Assembly (NCBI GenBank): GCA_965247705.1
Contig: CBDFHV010000069.1
Coordinates: forward strand, 6,085 to 70,084
Source: Rhodospirillales bacterium
GTDB lineage: Bacteria; Pseudomonadota; Alphaproteobacteria; Rhodospirillales; CAMCUA01
Direction: 5' to 3'
Length of the DNA stretch: 64,000 nt
Of the stretch, positions 1-9,185 are shown piece by piece. The translations under genes were made by a program, and so were the position numbers. The notes beneath the pieces are model-generated. The model made no database searches. It had not been told where the DNA came from and was given only the letters and a program-made list of their open reading frames with translations. Position 1 is the stretch's first letter. Each line of letters begins with the position of its first letter.

Positions 1-418
1 GGGCGGTTCACACTTCTACCCGGAACAAACGAAAAACAGGCCCCCGGACCACCCCGTGGAGGGCGGCCCGGGGGCCTGAGTATCTGCGATCGGGTCACAC
101 GAGAATCAGTGATCGAGCCACAGCATCGCCTCCGCCGCGCGGCGGCGCTCCAGGCCCGCGACGAATTAATAGGGACACTATATTTATATCATGAACTTCA
201 CAGTAACGCAGATGGTGTCGACGATAATGACAAATCCCCAATTCCCCCTCAAGTCCACCCTGGTCCCACCCGCATCGTGGCGCGGGGGGACAAGGCCGTG
301 GCATTCCGCGCCCTCCCCCTCGCCATCGTCGTCCGCGGCCCATATTTTCTCCATTGGGTGCTTGGGTCATTTTCAGAACCGACGGAATCGTCGGCGATCC
401 CCGTTCAAGGAGGCGGCA

Positions 419-805
419 ATGACGCGACCGGAGATCAATCAGCAGATTACCTGGGTCTACACCAGGGACTTGGAAGAAACAGCCAGGTTCTATGATCAGG
501 TCCTCGGGCTCACGGAGGTCTTCGATCAAGGGACCTGCCGCGTCTACCGGGCGACCCGAGACGGGTTTCTTGGCTTGTGCGCGATAACGCGGCCCGATCG
601 CTGGGTGGAACCCAGGGGCATGATCATATCCATCGTCACCGACGACGTTGACGGTTGGTACGAAAAGCTGCGGAGCGCGGAGGCCGATCTTCTGGGTCCG
701 CCCGAAGTCAGCGAAGACAAGACGATCTATTCGTTCTACGTCCGCGATCCCAACGGCTACCGTCTAGAGTTTCAACGATTTTTCGATCCCAGCTGGCCCG
801 CGTGA
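419..805 (+). CDS. VOC (glyoxalase/bleomycin resistance/dioxygenase) family protein
   Basis: Part of ORF 191..805. The ATG at 419 is preceded by AGGAGG (408-413). The sequence MTRPEINQQITWVYTRDLEETARFYDQVLGL... is typical of the VOC fold. Confidence 0.75.
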   Translation: MTRPEINQQITWVYTRDLEETARFYDQVLGLTEVFDQGTCRVYRATRDGFLGLCAITRPDRWVEPRGMIISIVTDDVDGWYEKLRSAEADLLGPPEVSEDKTIYSFYVRDPNGYRLEFQRFFDPSWPA

Positions 806-855
806 CCTGGACCAACCGGTGCCCGCCGTCCCGGTCAGCATCGTGCCCCTCGGGA

Positions 856-1488
856 TCACGTCCCACCGGTGGACGACGGGCCGCCATCGGGCCCCGTGAA
901 GCGGGCCTGGAAGTCGGCGGTGGTGTTGCCCCGGGGGAAGGGCATGTCCGGCACCGGCCTGTCGAGGAACCGGCACAGGGGCTCCCATCCGTCGCCCACT
1001 CGGTAGGTGAGCAGGCGCTCGGGCGGCAGGCTCGCCTGCACCTCGGCGATGCTTTTCTCGTAGACGGCAATGGCGTGGTCCCGGTCACCGGCACGGCCGC
1101 CGAACACGCCCTCGCCGATCAGCTTCTCGCCGACGCTGTCGGGCGAGCCGCCCGATTGCAGGACCTTGAGGATGGTGTTGGCGAAGCTTTCGTACCAGCC
1201 CTCAGCGTCGCGCACGGTCAGCAGCACCTTGGCGTCCGGGTAATGGGCACTCAGCTCCCGCCAAAAATATGCGGACGGCCAGTCGACGGCGGCGCCATAG
1301 CCATGGAAGATGGTATCCCAGTCGGGCGCCGCCCCGCCCGCCACGTCGCGCCACTGTTCCTGCTGCCGGGGATCCTTGAGGACCTCGATCATATGGTGAC
1401 AAGGGCCCAGGCCGAGGGCCTCCAGGGCCCGCTTCATGGACTCGGTGCCCGTGCGCCCGAACCCGGCGCCGATCACGGCCAAGGTCAT
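856..1488 (-). CDS. sulfotransferase family protein
   Basis: 210-aa ORF. The N-terminal MTLAVIGAGFGRTGTESMKRAL is a P-loop-like PAPS-binding segment. Its ATG overlaps the stop of the upstream VOC gene (ATGA at 1485-1488). Confidence 0.65.
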   Translation of the reverse strand: MTLAVIGAGFGRTGTESMKRALEALGLGPCHHMIEVLKDPRQQEQWRDVAGGAAPDWDTIFHGYGAAVDWPSAYFWRELSAHYPDAKVLLTVRDAEGWYESFANTILKVLQSGGSPDSVGEKLIGEGVFGGRAGDRDHAIAVYEKSIAEVQASLPPERLLTYRVGDGWEPLCRFLDRPVPDMPFPRGNTTADFQARFTGPDGGPSSTGGT

Positions 1489-1931
1489 GGATGCGCCTCG
1501 TAGCCGGTCGAGTCGTCGCCGGGCGCCTCCGGCTTGGCAACCACATAGGCATCGAGCTCGATGACGTTGCGGTCGGGATCGCGGATGAAGACGGCCCGCA
1601 TGTCCTTGAACGCGATCTGGCCGGTCAGGGGGATGCCGTTTTCGGCGAGGAACTGCTTGGCCGCCTCCAGGGACGCCACCCGGAACGAGACGTGGGTGAT
1701 CCCGGGATATTTCTCGTCCACGTCCATGAGGATATTGGTGTCATTGGGCATATTGCTGGGCCCGAGCAGATTCACCACCACTCCCGATGGATGCTCCATG
1801 ATGATCGGATGACCCTTGTCGAAGCCGGCGTCGAAAAGGGTCTCGAAGCCCAGCCGTTCGTAGAAGGCGACCGAGACCGCCTTGTCGGTGATCCGAATTT
1901 TCACATGGTCCACCTTTTCGATATTCAGCAT
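1485..1931 (-). CDS. VOC family protein (glyoxalase-like)
   Basis: 148-aa ORF (MLNIEKVDHVKIRITDKAVSVAFYERLGFE...) with a VOC-type beta-alpha-beta-beta-beta pattern. Translationally coupled to the sulfotransferase gene. Confidence 0.75.
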   Translation of the reverse strand: MLNIEKVDHVKIRITDKAVSVAFYERLGFETLFDAGFDKGHPIIMEHPSGVVVNLLGPSNMPNDTNILMDVDEKYPGITHVSFRVASLEAAKQFLAENGIPLTGQIAFKDMRAVFIRDPDRNVIELDAYVVAKPEAPGDDSTGYEAHP

Positions 1932-2014
1932 GCCGTTTGCCCCCGTGGTTGGAACAGCCGGGCGGCATAGGCACTACCCGGAAGCACTTCAGATGTGAAA
2001 TTGCGGCCGGCGTT

Positions 2015-3070
2015 TCAAGACTCGGGCACGATGGTGAACAGGACCGTTTCCCGTTCCCGCCCGCGCAGTTGAACCGAACCCTTGGCGAGGGCTTCATACG
2101 AACCCGGCAGCCTGACCCGGTCCAGGAGTTCGGCCGAGATCAGCAGCGGGCAGTCGAAAACCTTGCATTGCTGTTGGATCCGTGCGGCCGTGTTCACCGT
2201 GTCGCCGAAGTAGGAGATCTCCTGCTTGTAGTCGCCGCATTCGCTGATGACCACCGGGCCGCCGTGCAGGCCGGCGCGAAAGGCAGGCACGGCGCCGAAC
2301 CGGGCTTGGTATTCGGCGGCCTTCTCCTCCACCCGTTCGGCGATGGCGAAGTAGCAACGGATCGAGCGCATGTTCGGCGCCTCGGCGCGAAGGGGCCAGG
2401 TGATCACCACCTGATCCCCCACGTAGCGGTGGATTTCGCCGCCGTACTCGATGATCGGCTCGGTAATGTCGAAGAAGAACTGGGTGATCAAGGTCTGCAC
2501 GCCGATGTCCCCGAGGCGTTCCGCCAGCGCCGTCGAATCGGCCAGATCGAGGAACATGAAGATCCTGTCTTCCTCAATGGGCGTGCGATAGCGGCCGAGA
2601 ACGAAATTGACCAGGGTGCGCGCGCCGACGATGCGCACGATCTGAATCGACGCCTGAACAGCGGTGACGACGAGGAAGGCGGCGCCCATCACATTGTAGA
2701 ATCGCGGCTCCGCCAGGAACGCCAGGGTGATGACGCCGTGCAGAACCACGCGGCCGAAGAACGCCGCGAACAAAACGATGCACATCAGAACGATCGACTT
2801 GACGGCGATCGTGGCCAGGAAATGCATGCGCCGAAGGGGCGCGCCATGGCGACTGGGATACAGAAACAGCTCGAAACCGAGAAACAGGGAAGCGCCGACG
2901 AACCAGCTGAACGCCTCGTGAAGAAGCGCGTTGGTATGATCGAGACCTTCCGGACCAGGGGTCTGGTAGGCGATGAACACGCCGGCCGAGACCACCAAGG
3001 CCACCAGGATCGCGAACAGGCGCAATCGCCGAAGGGTCAGTCTGGACAAACGAATTCCCCGTTGGGGCAA
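2015..3070 (-). CDS. membrane-anchored class III adenylate/guanylate cyclase
   Basis: 351-aa ORF. Hydrophobic N-terminal half followed by a cyclase core (IFMFLDLADSTALAERLGD ... YFGDTVNTAARIQ). Confidence 0.85.
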   Translation of the reverse strand: MPQRGIRLSRLTLRRLRLFAILVALVVSAGVFIAYQTPGPEGLDHTNALLHEAFSWFVGASLFLGFELFLYPSRHGAPLRRMHFLATIAVKSIVLMCIVLFAAFFGRVVLHGVITLAFLAEPRFYNVMGAAFLVVTAVQASIQIVRIVGARTLVNFVLGRYRTPIEEDRIFMFLDLADSTALAERLGDIGVQTLITQFFFDITEPIIEYGGEIHRYVGDQVVITWPLRAEAPNMRSIRCYFAIAERVEEKAAEYQARFGAVPAFRAGLHGGPVVISECGDYKQEISYFGDTVNTAARIQQQCKVFDCPLLISAELLDRVRLPGSYEALAKGSVQLRGRERETVLFTIVPES

Positions 3071-3080
3071 CCGCCGCTCC

Positions 3081-3929
3081 TCAGTTCAGGACCAACAAAT
3101 GCGGATCGCCGCCGTTCTCGCCGGCCTCGAGACGGAGCGTGCCGGTCGTGACGTCGACGGCGTTCCGCCGGAGTTGCACGCCGGTGCGTAAATTTTGCGC
3201 CTGCAGGGATACCGGACCCCGGTTGACCAATTTCGGGTCGAGGGGGATGTGAAGCGCCCCGCCCCGGCCCTTCGGCAGGACCAGGACCAGGGTTTCGGCC
3301 TCTCGCCGCGCATGGACGAGGCGGCCCTCGTTTGCGTCCTCGGCGCCGGCAAGAGCCAGGGGCCGCCGGTCCGCGTTCAGGGCGGCGTATAGGGTACGGA
3401 CCACATGGTAACTCAAGCGCGGGTTGTAGAGGCGGTCGACGACGCCGTTGCGCATGAAGTAGCCACGGTCGATATCGGCGAACACATCGGCGTATACGCT
3501 CAAGCCCGGCAGGGCGGCGGCGGCGAACAGGGCCTCGGACACCCGGTGGGCGAACCATACGTCGTCCTGGCGCACGGCCGCCGGGCTGTCGCCGCCCATG
3601 CGCAGTTGGACCGCGCCGGCGATGCCGGAGGACTCGCAGAGTTCGCCGATGGCGCTCAGGCTCTCCAGGACGGGTTCGTCGGGGGCGACAAAGAAGACGG
3701 CCCCATCGACCCCGTCGAGGGCGGCCACGGCGCGGATCTGGTCGCCCTCTCCGGCCGCGAAGCCATGGAACACCGCATGGTGGTACGCCTTGCCGGAACC
3801 GTCGTGGGCCACATTGCCGCGCAGCCGCGACAAATATAGCGGCACGCTAATTGCGCGGCGCAACACGGCCACCACCGAGGCCAGTGCCGCGGGGTCCTGC
3901 CACGGAACGATGACCTCCAGCGCATCCAC
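3081..3929 (-). CDS. hypothetical protein (possibly the C-terminal part of the upstream metallophosphoesterase gene)
   Basis: 282-aa ORF with a GTG start and no motif I recognise. Its reading frame stays open and protein-like upstream of the annotated start (see findings). Confidence 0.5.
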   Translation of the reverse strand: MDALEVIVPWQDPAALASVVAVLRRAISVPLYLSRLRGNVAHDGSGKAYHHAVFHGFAAGEGDQIRAVAALDGVDGAVFFVAPDEPVLESLSAIGELCESSGIAGAVQLRMGGDSPAAVRQDDVWFAHRVSEALFAAAALPGLSVYADVFADIDRGYFMRNGVVDRLYNPRLSYHVVRTLYAALNADRRPLALAGAEDANEGRLVHARREAETLVLVLPKGRGGALHIPLDPKLVNRGPVSLQAQNLRTGVQLRRNAVDVTTGTLRLEAGENGGDPHLLVLN

Positions 3930-3958
3930 CAGCCCCGGGTCCCCGGCCAGGATCTCCG

Positions 3959-5197
3959 TCAGGCCATCGTCGGGAAAGCCGTGGATAAACAGGGCGTACT
4001 CATGGCCGTGGTGGCGCAGGCCCGCAGCCGCGCCCGCCGGTCCGGGTCGATCACGTCCTGGCGGGGAATTCGCAGCCGCCGCACGCCCATGTCCCAGAAC
4101 GCCATCACCGGATAGTCGTTGCGGGCCTTCTTGCGGTCGAACTCCTCCGGGCCGCCGGTGGGCGCCACCTGCACTACTTCCATCCAGTCCTGGCGCATAT
4201 CGAAACCCAGCGGCGCCCGCCAGTTCTCCAGCGGATGCAGGCCGTCGGGGGCGCCGCGGGCCACGGGCGGGGCGCTGTCGGGATCGGCGAGGGCGCCATA
4301 TGTCCGGACAATTGTGCAGTAGTGTCCGCGCTCATGGATGTGAACAAGGAAGTAACCCGGCTTGTTGGCGTCGCCGCGCCCCCCTTCCATGGCCAGCGTC
4401 GGCGGACTACGCGCCAGCTCGCTGTAGTCCTGGCGGACCTGGGAGACGGCGGGCAGCAGGTAGTAGTCCGTGGCCTGGCGCCGGTGGTACCAGAAATTAT
4501 GCACATGCCCGGTGAACACCGCCTCGACCTGGTGGTCGTCGATCAAGGAAAGCAGCCATGCCCGCCCGGGCTGGGAGATATTGTCGTAGCTTTCCCCCTC
4601 GTCTTCATGGTTGACGAAGGGCGGGTAGTGCAGGTTGAGGACGATGCGGGCGCCCCGGTGCCCGGCCAGCCAGGTCTCCAGCCACGCCTTCTGCCGAGCC
4701 TCGCTGGGCAGCCCGGAACCGATGACCTGGGCGTTCAGGCATAGGAAGTGGCAGCCGGCGACCTCGAAGGCGTAGTGGTCGTCGCCGAAATAGTTCCGGT
4801 AGGTCTCGACGTGTTCCTCGCAGACCAGGGGTGCCGGCGCCCAGTCGTTCGCCTTGTCCCCCATGTCGTGATTGCCGGGCAGCACGTGGAGGGGATGCTT
4901 CAGCTCCGATACCAGGGCCCGGTAGCAATCGAAAGCCCGTTGGTAGAGGTTCGGGATCGACGGAAAAGGATTGATGATGTCGCCCAGGTGGAGGACGAAG
5001 GCGATGTCGTCGCGCAGGTTCATATCCCGGAACACATGGCGCATTCGCGGATTGTGCAAGGTATTGGCCACGAAGGGCGCCAGGGTCTCCCGCTCCCCCT
5101 GATTCACATGGGTGTCGGCGATGACCGCATAGGAAAAGAGGTGCTTCCCCAGGCGCTCCGACGCGACGTCCCGGGGCAGTTCCCGCGCGCCCTTCAC
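3959..5197 (-). CDS. metallophosphoesterase (calcineurin-like) family protein
   Basis: 412-aa ORF with the motifs VIADTHVN, HLGDIINPF and LPGNHDMGD. The GTG start overlaps the stop of the upstream gene (GTGA at 5194-5197). Confidence 0.8.
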   Translation of the reverse strand: MKGARELPRDVASERLGKHLFSYAVIADTHVNQGERETLAPFVANTLHNPRMRHVFRDMNLRDDIAFVLHLGDIINPFPSIPNLYQRAFDCYRALVSELKHPLHVLPGNHDMGDKANDWAPAPLVCEEHVETYRNYFGDDHYAFEVAGCHFLCLNAQVIGSGLPSEARQKAWLETWLAGHRGARIVLNLHYPPFVNHEDEGESYDNISQPGRAWLLSLIDDHQVEAVFTGHVHNFWYHRRQATDYYLLPAVSQVRQDYSELARSPPTLAMEGGRGDANKPGYFLVHIHERGHYCTIVRTYGALADPDSAPPVARGAPDGLHPLENWRAPLGFDMRQDWMEVVQVAPTGGPEEFDRKKARNDYPVMAFWDMGVRRLRIPRQDVIDPDRRARLRACATTAMSTPCLSTAFPTMA

Positions 5198-6195
5198 TGC
5201 GCCGCCACTTCGGGGGCGCGGCGCAAGGCCCGCAAGTTATCCACCGAGGTGCGGGCCACCTGGACCGAACATCCGGGGCCGAGCAGGAAGCCCCGGCCAC
5301 CGGTCTGGCGGATGGCGTCGACGCCTTTCCCCAGTACGTCGTCGGGGCTGCCGGCGGCCAGGGTGGCGGCGTCGACTCCGCCGCCCAGAGCCCGCGTCGC
5401 GCCCAGGTCACGGCGCGCGGCGGCAAAGTCCGGGTTGTGGTCCGTATGGGTGTCCCAATGCACCACAGCGGCCGGGTAGTCGGCGAGGGCCGCGAGCTGG
5501 ACCGCGTCCTCGCACACATGAAGGAAGTTGCACCACAGGCCGCGGGCCTCGTTCATGACCCGCAGGTCGTGCTCCCCGGCCAGGTCACGATACGTCTCGG
5601 CCGGCAGCTTGTTGTCGTTGGCCCACTTGGTGGAGAAATAGATGCCGTCCACCCCGGCCTCGACCACCCGCCGCACGAACGCAGCGAAGGTATCGGCGAA
5701 CACCCCGAAGGCGAAGCGCACGGCCTCCGGGTCCTCGGCCATGTGGCGCTTGAGCAGCCCTCCGTCCCGGTCCGCCAGCTTTTCGGCCACGTCCAGCGGC
5801 AGAAACACCGTCATGATCAGGGGCACGTCCGCGGGCACGCCGGCCCGGATCAGTTCGATCAGGCGGATCTGTTCGGCCAGCGCCGGATCGTCCAGGCCGA
5901 GGGGCCGCAGCTTGCGCCAATCGGCCGCCTCGCGGATCGGCGTTCCAGTGCAGACGTGGCCCCGCGCCAGATCCGGCGAGGGCTCGAAGGCGTAGCCCCA
6001 GCCTTCCACGTGGTAGCTGGCCCGGGCGTGAATCTTCAGGTAGTCCCAGTCATACTCCGCCCGGAAACCGATCATGGTGTCGGCCAGGTCCTCGGCCGTG
6101 CACTCGCGGGTAAAGAAGTGGTCCCAGGCCCCCACGGGCACCCGGTCCACCGGCTGTCCACCAACGGCGGCCTCCACGCGTTGTCGACGGTTCAT
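5194..6195 (-). CDS. uroporphyrinogen decarboxylase (URO-D/MtaA-like) family protein
   Basis: Part of ORF 5194..6225. The internal ATG at 6195 has a strong AGGAGAAG Shine-Dalgarno sequence just upstream, whereas the ATG at 6225 has none. The start MNRRQRVEAAVGGQPVDRVPV... is URO-D-like. Confidence 0.7.
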   Translation of the reverse strand: MNRRQRVEAAVGGQPVDRVPVGAWDHFFTRECTAEDLADTMIGFRAEYDWDYLKIHARASYHVEGWGYAFEPSPDLARGHVCTGTPIREAADWRKLRPLGLDDPALAEQIRLIELIRAGVPADVPLIMTVFLPLDVAEKLADRDGGLLKRHMAEDPEAVRFAFGVFADTFAAFVRRVVEAGVDGIYFSTKWANDNKLPAETYRDLAGEHDLRVMNEARGLWCNFLHVCEDAVQLAALADYPAAVVHWDTHTDHNPDFAAARRDLGATRALGGGVDAATLAAGSPDDVLGKGVDAIRQTGGRGFLLGPGCSVQVARTSVDNLRALRRAPEVAAQ

Positions 6196-6435
6196 TGCTC
6201 TTCTCCTGGCCGTGGTATCCGCCATGCGAACTCATACGCCGGGGAGAACTCCAAAACTATCATCCCTTACGACCGCCACGCCGCCAAGACTTCATCCGCC
6301 ATTCCCGCTCGGTGGACGGCGGGTTGCCTTCCCGGCACCGCGCGGGCACCATGCCCCTTGAATTCGGGAGCCCACTTGTCTCTTGGGCTAACGCAAAGTG
6401 CCCGGATTCCTGACAACGAACGGAGGAGACGTCTC

Positions 6436-7287
6436 ATGTTAATCAAACGATCAGTTGCTGCGCCGGCTGGCGCGATGGCGCTTATCATGGCCATCGCCGC
6501 GTCCCCGGCAGTCGCCCAGAAATCCAACTGGGACGAGATCAAGAACGCCGGAGTCCTAAAAGTCGGGGTCATGCCGGGCCGTCAGCCCTACATGTGGCAG
6601 AAGGACGGTAAGTGGGAAGGCTTCGCCATCGAGATGGCGCGTGGCGTCGCGCGGGCGCTCGAGAACGCGAACGCCATGAACCGACCAATCAAGGTCGAAT
6701 GGAAGGAAACCACGTGGGGTACCGTGGTTCTGGACATTCAGTCCGGTAAGCTGGACGCCTTCTTCGGCATGAGCATTACCGATAAGCGCAAGAAAGCCAT
6801 CGACATGTATGGCCCGCTCTATGCGCTGGCCCATGTCTACATCAACACGTCGGGCTTCAATCCCGGCGGCCGGTGGGAGGACTACAACAAGGCGGCGATC
6901 AAGGTGTCCGCGACAACGGGCACGACGGACGAGGCGGCGGCCCGCAAGCTTTCGCCCAGCGCAACGATCCTGTCCATGCGCACGAATTCGGAAACCATCC
7001 TCGCCGTGCAGTCGGGCCGGGCGGAGGCGATGATTACCTCGGTGCTCGCCGGCCTGGACGCCATGCACAAAAACCGCAACTTCTCCAAGATGGTAATTCC
7101 GAAGCCGATGGTCAGCCTGCCGTCGGGGGGCGGCGCCCGCAAGGACAGCGACGGGCGCTTCACTACCTTTATGCAGGGTTGGGCGCACATGAGCCGGGAA
7201 AGCGGCTATACGAAGAAACTGATCCTGGAATCCGTCGCCAAGGCGGGCCTGAACCCCGACAACATCCCGCCCGAAATGGAGTTTTAG
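6436..7287 (+). CDS. ABC transporter substrate-binding protein (family 3, amino-acid type)
   Basis: The real gene is the 3' part of ORF 5437..7287. The ATG at 6436 follows GGAGGAG. It has a signal peptide (MLIKRSVAAPAGAMALIMAIAASPAVAQ) and the segment GVLKVGV...FAIEMAR. Confidence 0.8.
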   Translation: MLIKRSVAAPAGAMALIMAIAASPAVAQKSNWDEIKNAGVLKVGVMPGRQPYMWQKDGKWEGFAIEMARGVARALENANAMNRPIKVEWKETTWGTVVLDIQSGKLDAFFGMSITDKRKKAIDMYGPLYALAHVYINTSGFNPGGRWEDYNKAAIKVSATTGTTDEAAARKLSPSATILSMRTNSETILAVQSGRAEAMITSVLAGLDAMHKNRNFSKMVIPKPMVSLPSGGGARKDSDGRFTTFMQGWAHMSRESGYTKKLILESVAKAGLNPDNIPPEMEF

Positions 7288-7363
7288 AGCAGCATCCGAT
7301 CGTACGGAATCGCCTTCGGCGATCCGCACGGTCGAATAAAGCTGCTCTAACACTTGAAGAATC

Positions 7364-7418
7364 GAGCAATATCCGACCACACGGAACCGAACCAGTTCCG
7401 TGTGGTCGGATATTGCTC
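7364..7418. terminator. perfect 24-bp stem hairpin between convergent genes
   Basis: GAGCAATATCCGACCACACGGAAC (7364-7387), a 7-nt loop, then GTTCCGTGTGGTCGGATATTGCTC (7395-7418). A second hairpin (TAGAGCAGC/GCTGCTCTA, 7285-7349) lies just upstream. Confidence 0.55.
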
Positions 7419-7439
7419 TAACGGTCTAATCGGCTGCCG

Positions 7440-8360
7440 TCAGGACGCGGCGCGGCGCTGACTGGCTTCGACGAGGAGGCCGAAGCGGGTCAGCGCGTCG
7501 CGTATCCGGGCCTCGCCCTCGGGGCTCAGTCGCTCGACCGGTTCTCGTGGAAAACCAGCCGGGTATCCCAACATGTTGAGAGCGCCCTTGATCCCGGCGG
7601 GACGCGTATCGACGGCCATCAGGGTGTCGAACACGTGGGAGATGGCCACATGCAGGCGCCACTTCTCCTCTTTCGACAGGCTTGCGTGGCCCATGATCTT
7701 GCGGGCTTCCGGACCCCACAGTTCGGGACCGGTGGACAGGTAACCGTCGGCCCCCATTCCGAGGCCGGGAAGGATCAGGTGGCAGGCGCCCACCAGCACC
7801 GCCATGCGGTCGCCCAGAAGCTCCATAACCCGGGTAATGTGGAAAAAATCGTTGGAGGACTCCTTGAGCGCCACCACCGGCGCCACATCGCAGATGGCGA
7901 CCATCATCTCCGGCGTCAGGCTGATGCCCGTGCGCGCCGGGTTGTTGTAGATCATGACGGGCAGCGGCACCGACTTGGACACCAGTTCGAAGCGCCGGGC
8001 GGCTTCCGAGATCGAAGCGCGCAGGACGTAGCTTTGGGGCTGCAGGCATATGCCGTCGGCGCCGGACTCGGCGGCGATGGTCGCCTGCTTGGTGGCAATG
8101 CGGGCGGTGATGCCGCCGCAGTTGACAAAGACGTTCGCCCGGCCCGCCGACTCCTTCTTGGCGATGCGTGTCACATCGCCCAGCTCGGCACCAGTCAGCG
8201 CCCAGCCCTCCCCATTGTCGCCGGCGACGAGAAAGCCGGCGGCGCCACAGTCCAGGTGCCACCGCAATATGGCCGAGAAAGCGTCGGGCATCAGGTCCCC
8301 GTTCTCGGCGAAAGGGGTCACCGGGGCCACGTACTGCCCGCGAACCACAATGTCTGTCAT
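7440..8360 (-). CDS. dihydrodipicolinate synthase (DapA/NAL) family lyase
   Basis: Part of ORF 7440..8402. The ATG at 8360 is preceded by GAGGA. It has the segments MTDIVVRGQYVAPVTPF and VVALKESS (Schiff-base lysine context). Confidence 0.85.
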   Translation of the reverse strand: MTDIVVRGQYVAPVTPFAENGDLMPDAFSAILRWHLDCGAAGFLVAGDNGEGWALTGAELGDVTRIAKKESAGRANVFVNCGGITARIATKQATIAAESGADGICLQPQSYVLRASISEAARRFELVSKSVPLPVMIYNNPARTGISLTPEMMVAICDVAPVVALKESSNDFFHITRVMELLGDRMAVLVGACHLILPGLGMGADGYLSTGPELWGPEARKIMGHASLSKEEKWRLHVAISHVFDTLMAVDTRPAGIKGALNMLGYPAGFPREPVERLSPEGEARIRDALTRFGLLVEASQRRAAS

Positions 8361-8530
8361 CGGCCTGTCCTCATGCAATCGGTGACGGCGGATCAAGTGC
8401 ATACCGCCGGGCGTCGCCTGTCAACGCGACGACTGCATTCAGTTTTTCTCTGGCCTGGAATAATCGCCACGAGCCAAGGGCCAGGCGTGGATTGCGCCAT
8501 CTGATCGTCCGTTGCCGAGGGTTGTGCTAT

Positions 8531-8839
8531 ATGACGGCGATGCGGAGAGACACGGCCCTTGAACGTTTGCGCCATGGCCGCGACCTGTTGGCCAGTCTCG
8601 GGGTGCGCCACCTCTATCTCTACGGCTCGGTTGCCCGGGATGACGCCGATGGGGAAAGCGACGTCGACCTTCTGGTCGATCCTCGCGAACCGAATTTTAC
8701 CGTTTTCGACTTGGTGGCGGTGCGCGACCAATGCGCCAGAATACTGGGCGCCCCGGCAGAGGTGCACGATTACGGCGGGTACGAGAGATTACAAGGGTTC
8801 CGGTCCCGCGTCGGCGACGACATCGTCCGTGTCTTCTGA
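8531..8839 (+). CDS. mntA: MNT-type nucleotidyltransferase antitoxin
   Basis: The ATG at 8531 lies within ORF 8168..8839. It carries the motif LYLYGSVARDDADGESDVDLLVD (GSx(n)DxD). Confidence 0.8.
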   Translation: MTAMRRDTALERLRHGRDLLASLGVRHLYLYGSVARDDADGESDVDLLVDPREPNFTVFDLVAVRDQCARILGAPAEVHDYGGYERLQGFRSRVGDDIVRVF

Positions 8840-8876
8840 TGCCCCGAGGCACGGCCGGGCGCGATCGCCTCGCGGC

Positions 8877-9185
8877 GTGATCGCGGCGGCGGTGCGCGTC
8901 GGTCGGCGGGCTCTTCACCTGGTCCAAGAAGATGACGAAGAGAGCTATCTCGCGAACGATGAACGGCAATTGGCTGTTGAACGGCTCCTGATCCGATTTG
9001 GGGAAGCCCTCAAGGACGTTCCGCAGTCAACACTCGACGCCATAGATCCAGCGTTACCGTGGGCCGGTCCCAAGAGCTTTCGGGATATCGCCTCTCACTG
9101 GTACGAGGATGGGCTTGATCATCGACTGATCTGGCGAACCCTCGGGGTCGATCTGCCCCTCACGACACGACGGTGCAGACGCTGA
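8877..9185 (+). CDS. hepT: HepT-like (DUF86) RNase toxin, N-terminus uncertain
   Basis: Contains the Rx4HxY motif (RDIASHWY). The only in-frame starts are GTG codons at 8877 and 8892. A TGATG-coupled ATG at 8839 is in another frame (see findings). Confidence 0.6.
   Translation: MIAAAVRVGRRALHLVQEDDEESYLANDERQLAVERLLIRFGEALKDVPQSTLDAIDPALPWAGPKSFRDIASHWYEDGLDHRLIWRTLGVDLPLTTRRCRR

Noticed and set aside
5437-6435. The track shows N-terminal extensions of real genes, for example SBP ORF 5437..7287, 57558..59552 (664 aa), 60633..62474 (613 aa) and 8168..8839.
   Set aside because: The upstream parts overlap other well-supported genes in other frames or strands and are low-complexity. Internal starts with Shine-Dalgarno sequences, signal peptides or family-typical N-termini were used instead.
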